DNA of 35,106 bases from Candidatus Moraniibacteriota bacterium (GTDB taxonomy: Bacteria; Patescibacteriota; Minisyncoccia; Moranbacterales; DUUL01). Position 1 is the first letter of the stretch. Each line of letters begins with the position of its first letter. The notes below the pieces were generated by a model, which saw only the letters and a list, made by a program, of their open reading frames with translations, had not been told where the DNA came from and searched no databases. The translations under genes and the position numbers were made by a program. Positions 19,830 to 26,766 of the stretch are shown here, piece by piece. The DNA lies in the NCBI GenBank assembly GCA_046497225.1, contig JAWOGA010000060.1, forward strand, positions 1 to 35,106, read 5' to 3'.

Positions 19830-20741
19830 ATGAATATAAATAAACTTCTCTATAGGTCTAAAAAAATTATAGCTAAAAAAAATCTTTATAGCTCGGATAT
19901 TGATGCCGAGATTCTTTTATCTCATATTCTCAATGTATCCCGCGAATATGTTTTAATTCATCCCGAACTTGAAATTTCCAAGGAAGAAGAAAGCCGATTT
20001 ATGGATTTGGTTGAAAGAAGATCCCAAGGTGAGCCGGTAGCTTATTTAACCGAGTATAAAGAATTTTGCGGATTAGAGTTTGAAGTAAACAAAAACACTC
20101 TAGTTCCCCGCCCCGAGACGGAGATTTTGGTAGAAAAAACTTTGGATTATATAGAAAATAATTTCAATAAAAAAGATAAGTTGCGAATCTTTGACATAGG
20201 AACCGGCAGTGGGTGTATTATTACTGCTATAGCTCAGGAATTAAAAAACCTTGGTTTTTCAAATGTTGGTTTTTGCGCCGGAGACATCTCGAAAGCGGCT
20301 CTCAATACAGCCCGAAAAAACACGCAAAATCACCTGGAAAAACAAGAGATTATTTTCAAACGCGGTGATTTATTAAATCCTTTTATTGAAGAGATTAAAG
20401 GCTTTGGCGAGAAAGACCAGTTAATTATTTTAGCCAATCTTCCCTACTTGTCCGAGACGATTTATCAAAATTCCCCTGGAGATGTTCGGAATTTTGAGCC
20501 GAAGCTTGCCCTGGAGGCCGGTAAAGACGGCTTAGATTACTATAAAAGGCTTTTGGATTATGTCAAAGAATATGATTTAGACAAAAAAACCGGCTCAACT
20601 TGCCTTTTCCTGGAAATTTCTCCGGAGCAAGCAGAAAAGATAAAGGAGGTTGTCAAAGACAACTTCCCTGAATCGGAAATTGAAATTTATAAGGACTTGG
20701 CGGAAAGAGATAGGATTGTTAGAATCTTGAATTTGGAATAA
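19830..20741 (+). CDS. prmC: Release factor glutamine methyltransferase
   Basis: GEPVAYL, LVPRPETE, DIGTGSGCI, ANLPY, FEPKLAL..GKDGLDYY; downstream of prfA; ATG 19830. Confidence 0.95.
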   Translation: MNINKLLYRSKKIIAKKNLYSSDIDAEILLSHILNVSREYVLIHPELEISKEEESRFMDLVERRSQGEPVAYLTEYKEFCGLEFEVNKNTLVPRPETEILVEKTLDYIENNFNKKDKLRIFDIGTGSGCIITAIAQELKNLGFSNVGFCAGDISKAALNTARKNTQNHLEKQEIIFKRGDLLNPFIEEIKGFGEKDQLIILANLPYLSETIYQNSPGDVRNFEPKLALEAGKDGLDYYKRLLDYVKEYDLDKKTGSTCLFLEISPEQAEKIKEVVKDNFPESEIEIYKDLAERDRIVRILNLE

Positions 20742-20746
20742 TAGAT

Positions 20747-20964
20747 GTAATTGGTAATTGGCTATTTGTAATTTGGAGTTTACTTTGCAAAAAATTCGAT
20801 TTTAATCCCTTTATTTTTTTGGTGGAATAGGATAAAATGAATACTAATGACTAATGGCAAAGCTCAAATGACAATTCAAATTCAAATTCCTAAATATCTA
20901 ATTATTCATTTTTATCATTGGAATTTTGAGCTTGATTTGACATTAAGGTTTTGACATTAAGGTT
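20747..20964. repeat. Three heptamer arrays between prmC and smpB
   Basis: gtaattg gtaattg gctattt gtaattt ggagttt (20747-81); atactaa tgactaa tggcaaa gctcaaa tgacaat (20841-75); ttgacat taaggtt x2 (20937-64). Confidence 0.75.
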
Positions 20965-20976
20965 TACTGGTTATAT

Positions 20977-21426
20977 ATGGGAAAATTGGCTATCAACAAA
21001 CGAGCAAGATTTGATTATGAAATCCTGGAAACTTTCGAGGCCGGTTTGGTATTGAAAGGATATGAAGTAAAGTCTATCAAGACTGGCAGGATATCTATTA
21101 AAGGGGCGTTTGTAACAATCAGGGGCGAAGAATTGTATCTAACTAATGCCAACATTCCTCTCTACCAACATGCCGGAATTGTCGCCGATTACAATCCTTC
21201 TGCTCCCCGTAAGCTTATTTTACACAAAAAAGAGATCAAAAGATTAATTGGAAAAGCCAGAACCGAAGGCTTGACATTAGTACCTCTTTCAGTGTATAAT
21301 AAAAAGAATCTGATAAAGCTGGAATTTGCCTTAGCGAAGGGAAAAAAGCAACGAGATAAACGTGAAAATATCAAGAAAAGAGAGGAAAAAAGAAGAGTGG
21401 AAAGGATGATGAAAAATGTAAATTAA
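20977..21426 (+). CDS. smpB: SsrA-binding protein
   Basis: NKRARFDYEILETFEAGLVLKGYEVKS, RKLILHKKEI, GKKQRDKR. Confidence 0.98.
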   Translation: MGKLAINKRARFDYEILETFEAGLVLKGYEVKSIKTGRISIKGAFVTIRGEELYLTNANIPLYQHAGIVADYNPSAPRKLILHKKEIKRLIGKARTEGLTLVPLSVYNKKNLIKLEFALAKGKKQRDKRENIKKREEKRRVERMMKNVN

Positions 21427-21440
21427 TATTTTGAATTTAT

Positions 21441-21471
21441 TTAGAATTTAGGATTTTGAGTTTAGGATTTA
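21441..21471. repeat. Heptamer array directly upstream of tmRNA
   Basis: ttagaat ttaggat tttgagt ttaggat. Confidence 0.75.
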
Positions 21472-21478
21472 TATAGTT

Positions 21479-21875
21479 GGGGGTGTCGTGGATTCGACAG
21501 GTTGTGTTATTTGAAATCTGCAAGCCAAGTTATTGCATCTTGTAAAACTGCAATCCAAAAATAAGTGCAAACTTATTCGATAGAGCAAAAAGTGCTTTAG
21601 CTACGGCTTTTGCGCCTAAATTTGCTGCTGCTGTAGCTTAACAAATAGCTTCAGCCCGTCGACCGACTGATTCTCGATAGGTCGTACTCGGCGTCAACAT
21701 CGAGATGCAGCTCATTGTTTTCTCTTGGCATTGAGTCAAGTAACCTCAAGAGAGGGTCCGGTTATTGTTTTGTTTGTTTTTAGATAATCGGACTTAAACC
21801 AAAAACAAACTAAGCTTGTAGAAGGTTTCAAAATTCCAACACTGGACATGGGTTCAACTCCCATCACCTCCACCA
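21479..21875 (+). ncRNA. ssrA: tmRNA
   Basis: 5' GGGGGTG..GGATTCGAC; 3' GGTTCAACTCCC..CACCTCCACCA with G3.U pair; tag ORF 21567-21641 ANLFDRAKSALATAFAPKFAAAVA*; adjacent to smpB. Confidence 0.96.
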
Positions 21876-21888
21876 ATTTTCTCTAAAA

Positions 21889-22115
21889 ATCAAGACTGAA
21901 AGTCGCAGATTTTTAGCTAGAAAATTGAGTGTCCCGCTGGAAAAATGCCTTTCCAAGCAATAAATGTTCAGTGAAATGAATAATTTTGCAAGATTAAACA
22001 ATTCGCGATTAGCGTATTGCCCTTGAACAAATAAGCATTTTGGATAGCGGGAGACCATGCCTTTTCTACTATCAAGACTGAAAGTCGCAGATTTTTAGCT
22101 AGAAAATTGAGTGTC
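21889..22115. repeat. 45-bp perfect direct repeat (21889-21933, 22071-22115) enclosing a long imperfect hairpin
   Basis: ATCAAGACTGAAAGTCGCAGATTTTTAGCTAGAAAATTGAGTGTC twice, 182 bp apart. Confidence 0.9.
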
Positions 22116-22176
22116 TTGCCGGTTGTTTTGTTTTTTGGTTGTTCGGTGGATCGGCTTTATTTTTACAACGATGGTT

Positions 22177-22204
22177 TTTGTTACGTAGCATGCTACGTAA
22201 CAAA
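22177..22204. repeat. Perfect 28-bp palindrome upstream of infC
   Basis: TTTGTTACGTAGCA|TGCTACGTAACAAA; additional TACGTAGCAT half-site at 22217-22226. Confidence 0.88.
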
Positions 22205-22283
22205 GAATTAAAATACTACGTAGCATTTGCATTTTTAAAGATTTTTGTTAAAATATTATCAGTTAATCATTAAGATAAAATTT

Positions 22284-22823
22284 ATTAAAGGAAGAAGATT
22301 TAATAAGAAAAAAGACTTACCCAAAAATAGGGTTAACGAAATGATAAAAATTTCTCCGGTTAGGGTTATAGATGAATATGGAGAACAAGCGGGAGTAATT
22401 GAAACATCCGAGGCTTTGAAAATGGCTCAAGAAAGAGGTCTTGATTTAGTTGAGATTTCGCCCAAAGCCAAACCCCCTGTTTGTAAAATAATTGATTGGG
22501 GTAAGTATCAGTATATTCAGGCTAAGAAAAAAAGTGAAAACAGGAAGAGTCAAAAAAAGGTTGAAGTTAAAGGTGTGAGATTCAGACCTGGAACCGGCGA
22601 GGGGGATTTGGAATTTAAGCTTCAGCAAGCGGAAAAATTTCTCAACAAAGGAAATAAAGTAAAAGTTCAAGTGATTTTAAAGGGTAGAGAGAAAGCTCAT
22701 TCCGAGATTGCCAAGGCTCAATTGAAAGAATTTATTGACAAAATTAATTTTCCAGTTAAAATAGAGCAAGATGCTAAACAGCAAGGGAACGGATTTAATG
22801 TTTTAATAACACCGAACCAATAA
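22284..22823 (+). CDS. infC: Translation initiation factor IF-3 (probable ATT start; exact start uncertain)
   Basis: RVNEMI...VRVIDE.GEQ.G, GLDLVEISP, PPVCKIIDWGKY, KGREK; no in-frame ATG upstream of the conserved N-terminus. Confidence 0.93.
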   Translation: MKGRRFNKKKDLPKNRVNEMIKISPVRVIDEYGEQAGVIETSEALKMAQERGLDLVEISPKAKPPVCKIIDWGKYQYIQAKKKSENRKSQKKVEVKGVRFRPGTGEGDLEFKLQQAEKFLNKGNKVKVQVILKGREKAHSEIAKAQLKEFIDKINFPVKIEQDAKQQGNGFNVLITPNQ

Positions 22824-22871
22824 GTTCTGTTTTGTTTTATTTTAACATTTATTAACACTTAAATTTCTTAG

Positions 22872-23069
22872 ATGCCAAAATTGAAGACGAGAAAAGCTGT
22901 ATTGAAAAGATTTAAAGTTTCCTCCAAGGGAAAAGTTTTAAGGAGAAGATCTAAACAGAATCATTTCAATTCAAGGCAAACTTCGGACAAAAGAAGAGAG
23001 AAAAGAAGTGATCATTTAGTATTCCCTGCTGAAGCAGAGAATATTAAAGTTGATATTTTAAAAAATTAA
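22872..23069 (+). CDS. rpmI: 50S ribosomal protein L35
   Basis: MPKLKTRKAVLKRFKVSSKGK; infC-rpmI-rplT synteny. Confidence 0.95.
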   Translation: MPKLKTRKAVLKRFKVSSKGKVLRRRSKQNHFNSRQTSDKRREKRSDHLVFPAEAENIKVDILKN

Positions 23070-23117
23070 CTTCAAACAAAATTGCCGGCTCCGGTTTTTT
23101 GTTTGTTTTTCATAACT

Positions 23118-23459
23118 ATGCCAAGAGTAAAAAGAGGTGTTTTAGCCTCCAAGAGAAGAAAGAAAGTTATCAAATCAGCCAAAGGTTATAAATGGCGAAG
23201 AAAGTCTAATTTTAGAGCCGCTAAAGAGGCCGTAATTAAGGCTGGAAAGTATGCTTACAGAGATAGAAAAGCCAAAAAGAGCACTTTTAGAGGAATTTGG
23301 ATTTTAAGATTGAACAATGCTCTGAGAATTCATGGGTGGAAATATTCTAATTTTATTAAAGCTCTTAAGGATAATAAAATAGAATTGGATAGAAAAGTTT
23401 TGTCTCAGATTGCGGTTGAAGAGCCGGGTGCTTTTGAGAAGATTGTAAAGAAATTTTAA
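23118..23459 (+). CDS. rplT: 50S ribosomal protein L20
   Basis: MPRVKRG, AKGY, YAYRDRK, LDRKVLS; ATG 23118. Confidence 0.97.
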   Translation: MPRVKRGVLASKRRKKVIKSAKGYKWRRKSNFRAAKEAVIKAGKYAYRDRKAKKSTFRGIWILRLNNALRIHGWKYSNFIKALKDNKIELDRKVLSQIAVEEPGAFEKIVKKF

Positions 23460-23482
23460 CTCGAAGTTTTTTTAAATAAAGG

Positions 23483-23508
23483 AACCGCCGACAATGTCGG
23501 CGGTTTTT
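23483..23508 (+). terminator. Intrinsic terminator after rplT
   Basis: AACCGCCGAC-aat-GTCGGCGGTTTTT. Confidence 0.85.
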
Positions 23509-23510
23509 GT

Positions 23511-23762
23511 TTATGTTTGATTCATTAATCGACTTTCATCTATTTTTTTCTCACACAGAAACAAAAAATGGCGTAAATAATTTTTCTTGGCAAGATCCTC
23601 TTCGCTTTCTGAATAGAGATAATCAGTAAGTACGGGGACTATGCTTCTTTTTAAGGCGCTATAAACAACGAGACCCAGGTTTTTTGTCTTGTTTTTAATT
23701 AATTGTTCATCGCAGGTCTCAACCAGGGAATCATAATTTCTACACGGATTGGTGTAAGACAT
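23511..23762 (-). CDS. Hypothetical protein
   Basis: 83-aa ORF, ATG preceded by AAGGAG, overlaps the upstream ORF. Confidence 0.5.
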   Translation of the reverse strand: MSYTNPCRNYDSLVETCDEQLIKNKTKNLGLVVYSALKRSIVPVLTDYLYSESEEDLAKKNYLRHFLFLCEKKIDESRLMNQT

Positions 23763-24144
23763 CTTCTTTCTCTCCTTTTAGTTGATTTTGGTGGAATTTG
23801 TTTAACATGCCTTGTTTTGGCATGTTTTCCTCATTGTTGATAATTTGATTAAGTTTAAAATCTAGTTTTATCAGTTGGTCTCTAATGGCTTTGTTGGCCT
23901 CCATAAAAGGAGACAAACCTAGAAGATTCATGTAAATGCGACTTCTTAAAAAAATAGCGTGCCTTTTTGTTTCTTCCGATTTTAGCTTAATAGATTCAAT
24001 GTCAAAGAACTTCAATTTTGTTTCAATGTTTTCCAATAGTTTGTTACAAAAAGCAAAGAATTGCTCTATGTCATCCTCCTTCTTCTTTAAATTAAGACGA
24101 AAGTCCAATTCCAGGTTTTCTGTTCTATCTTTTGTAAAAAACAT
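23740..24144 (-). CDS. Hypothetical helical protein
   Basis: 134-aa ORF with strong AAGGAGGT upstream of ATG. Confidence 0.6.
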   Translation of the reverse strand: MFFTKDRTENLELDFRLNLKKKEDDIEQFFAFCNKLLENIETKLKFFDIESIKLKSEETKRHAIFLRSRIYMNLLGLSPFMEANKAIRDQLIKLDFKLNQIINNEENMPKQGMLNKFHQNQLKGEKEDVLHQSV

Positions 24145-24157
24145 TGTCCACCTCCTT

Positions 24158-24469
24158 TTATTTTAAAATTGTATTTTTAATTATTTCTTGCAAAGTATCT
24201 AGACTGTCTCCTTTTTGAAGACGAATATTTCTAGTTTCTCCGCATTTTTTACACTGCTGTTTTAGGTTCCAGTGTCCGTTTTTCAAAAAGGCCTCTACGG
24301 GTTCCATTTTTCCCTTGCAGGGATTTTGGCGATCTCCCGGGTTGATATCCACGTGTTTAGACCAGAGGCACTTAGGACAGTGATTTGTGTAACCGCTACC
24401 TTTAACAAATTGACCGCAGAATTCACAAATAAAATCTTCCCTATTTTTTTGAAATTTCTTTTCTTGCAT
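24158..24469 (-). CDS. RNHCP-domain Zn-binding protein
   Basis: FICEFCG, YTNHCPKCLWSKHVD..PGDR...C.G.M, CKKCG. Confidence 0.88.
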   Translation of the reverse strand: MQEKKFQKNREDFICEFCGQFVKGSGYTNHCPKCLWSKHVDINPGDRQNPCKGKMEPVEAFLKNGHWNLKQQCKKCGETRNIRLQKGDSLDTLQEIIKNTILK

Positions 24470-24492
24470 ACAAAAAAAGAGCGCGCAGGCTC

Positions 24493-25206
24493 TTACTTAA
24501 TAATTATTTGGCTTAGCTCCCTGACTTTTATTTTTTCTTTCGCTTGCTCCCTGAGGTGGGCGTAACACATAGGACAGGCAGTTATTAATTCCCCCGCTTC
24601 AGCTTCCATGGCTTGAGAAATGCGGTCTTTTCCTATTCGGGAAGATAATTCGGGATTATTGGATTTAACTCCTCCCCCTGCTCCGCAACAGTAACTTTTG
24701 TTTCTAGCTAGTTCCATTTCCTTGATTTTATATCCTGCTTTTTGGATAATTTTTCTGGGATTATCGTAAATTCCCAAAACTCTGCCTAGGTGGCAAGAAT
24801 CATGATAAGTTGCCTCTTTTTTATTTGTTGAAGCCGGTATGGATTTTTCGGTAATCACCTCAGAGATATGTTTAATCTCAATATTCCATTCTTCTCCAAG
24901 GGCTTCTTTGTAATCCAGCTTGAAAACCGCCGCGCAAGCCGGGCAATTAGTAATTATCTTGTCTACCCCATGATTTGTTAGCACTTGAAGATTCTTTTTT
25001 GCTAAGTTTTTGAATTCCTCATAAGCGCCGGCTGCTTTTGCCGGAGATCCGCAACACAGCTCTTTATCTTTGAGCACAATATAATCAATTCCTTCTCGGC
25101 GAAGAATTTCTTTGTAATTATCCTCAATATCTTTGAGTACAAATTTGGTTAAACAGCCAGGATAATAAAGCGTGTTTCCTTGTAATAACTTTTGAAATAA
25201 TTTCAT
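24493..25206 (-). CDS. CCG-domain (Fe-S)-binding protein (GlpC/LutA/HdrB-like)
   Basis: YYPGC, LCCGSP, CPAC, YHDSCHLGR, CCGAGGG, ACPMC. Confidence 0.9.
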   Translation of the reverse strand: MKLFQKLLQGNTLYYPGCLTKFVLKDIEDNYKEILRREGIDYIVLKDKELCCGSPAKAAGAYEEFKNLAKKNLQVLTNHGVDKIITNCPACAAVFKLDYKEALGEEWNIEIKHISEVITEKSIPASTNKKEATYHDSCHLGRVLGIYDNPRKIIQKAGYKIKEMELARNKSYCCGAGGGVKSNNPELSSRIGKDRISQAMEAEAGELITACPMCYAHLREQAKEKIKVRELSQIIIK

Positions 25207-25317
25207 ATTAAAAACATTATATGCTATTCAATAAAGTTGCGCAAGAGAATATTGTAATTGATTATCTAACTTGAATGTTCTTGCTTTCGGCTGGATTTTG
25301 AAATAAAATTTTAACAT

Positions 25318-26739
25318 ATGAAAAAGAAAAGGAAAAAAATTCAAATTCAACTTTTACTCTTGTTCGTTCTTCTGTTGCCTTTTAGCTTTAGGCATATTTT
25401 TAATTATGAAAATATTGTTGAATTGGAGTTTTTTAAAGAAAGCGTATCTTTATCTTTTTATCTTTTTGATGCAGTTTTTTTGCTGCTTTTGTGGGAATGG
25501 ATTGTACAAATATCAGGAGGCGCGGTAATTCCTTCTTTTTTGAGTTTATTAAAAAAGTTCAGGGTTAATTTTTGGAAAAATTGGCCTTTTTGGCTTCTTG
25601 TTTGTTTTTTGGCTTGGTCAATTTTGTATGTTTCTCAACATCCTTTCCCCGCTCTATATTTAAGCGCCAGACTGTTTCAAGGGATTGCCGTTTTTATTAT
25701 AGCCGGCAAATTATTGGCGCAAAAAGCTGAGTATTTTCAAAAAGTGGCGTACGTGATTTTTATTTCCGGTGTTTTTCAGGCAATTATGGGTCTTGGACAA
25801 TTTCTTTTTCAAAAATCTTTAGGACTAGTTATTCTGGGTGAAAGCAAAATTGCCCCGGATATCCTCGGCGTAGCTAAATTTGAGCTTGCCGGGGAAAAAT
25901 TTATTAGAGCTTATGGAACATTTCCCCACCCTAATTTATTTGGAGCTTTTTTGTTTTTGTCGCTGGTTTGCGGACTGAGCTTTTTGTTTTTTCAGCAAAG
26001 GAAAATTCCTTTTAGCTTTAACTTTCCCGGAAAAAACAAATTAAAATGGATAAAAATCAGCAAGGAAAAACTTTCTTTAATTCATTATTCAGCCGGTTTG
26101 TTGCTGATTTTCTTAGGAATTTTGGTGAGTTATTCCAGAAGTGTTTGGTTGGTTTCTTTTGTCATTACCCTTTTAATTTTTTGGAAATATTTTAAGCAAT
26201 TTTCAAGGGAATACCTAAGAGAAAATCTCTTTAAAAAAACGAAAATTATTTTTGTAATTATTCTTGTTGTATTGTTGGGAGCGGGAGTTTATCAAGCGGT
26301 TTCTCCGCGTTTATGCTTGGATGATTGCGCGGGAGATCAATCTTTTTCATTGAGGCAAAAATATACTCATTTTGCTTTAGAAAAGATTGATGATTATGAC
26401 TATTTCGGTTTAGGATCGGGTAATTTTGTTTTGCATATGAACAATGAAAAACCTTTTGATTTAAAGGAATGGGAAATTCAGCCTGTTCATAATCTTTATT
26501 TATTAATTTTAGTTGAGATTGGGTTGGTTGGTTTCTTGTTCTTGTTTTTTGTGGTTTTTAGTTATTTAAAAAGGTTTAACAAAATTTCAGGAATTTGGAA
26601 TAAAACGGGCTTTTATGCGCTTCTTGGTTTTTTGATACTTGGGTTCTTTGATCATTATTTCTGGACAACGCCGCAAGGCATTATCATTTTTTGGCTTGCC
26701 CTTGCATTAATTGCAGGATCTTGTAAAATGGAAGAATAA
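25318..26739 (+). CDS. O-antigen ligase / Wzy_C family polytopic membrane protein
   Basis: Multiple TM helices; RAYGTFPHPN, SYSRS, GLGSGNF, PVHNLYLLILVEIGLVG, DHY. Confidence 0.85.
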   Translation: MKKKRKKIQIQLLLLFVLLLPFSFRHIFNYENIVELEFFKESVSLSFYLFDAVFLLLLWEWIVQISGGAVIPSFLSLLKKFRVNFWKNWPFWLLVCFLAWSILYVSQHPFPALYLSARLFQGIAVFIIAGKLLAQKAEYFQKVAYVIFISGVFQAIMGLGQFLFQKSLGLVILGESKIAPDILGVAKFELAGEKFIRAYGTFPHPNLFGAFLFLSLVCGLSFLFFQQRKIPFSFNFPGKNKLKWIKISKEKLSLIHYSAGLLLIFLGILVSYSRSVWLVSFVITLLIFWKYFKQFSREYLRENLFKKTKIIFVIILVVLLGAGVYQAVSPRLCLDDCAGDQSFSLRQKYTHFALEKIDDYDYFGLGSGNFVLHMNNEKPFDLKEWEIQPVHNLYLLILVEIGLVGFLFLFFVVFSYLKRFNKISGIWNKTGFYALLGFLILGFFDHYFWTTPQGIIIFWLALALIAGSCKMEE

Positions 26740-26766
26740 AATATTTTTACTAAAAGCATTAATTTA

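Noticed and set aside
21864-22058. 64-aa minus-strand ORF
   Set aside because: Overlaps the tmRNA 3' end and the repeat/hairpin module, with no protein features
21889-22115. CRISPR array
   Set aside because: Only two repeats, a 137-nt spacer and no cas operon
21860-22115. Prophage/ICE attL-attR at tmRNA
   Set aside because: No duplication of the tmRNA 3' end and no integrase in the window
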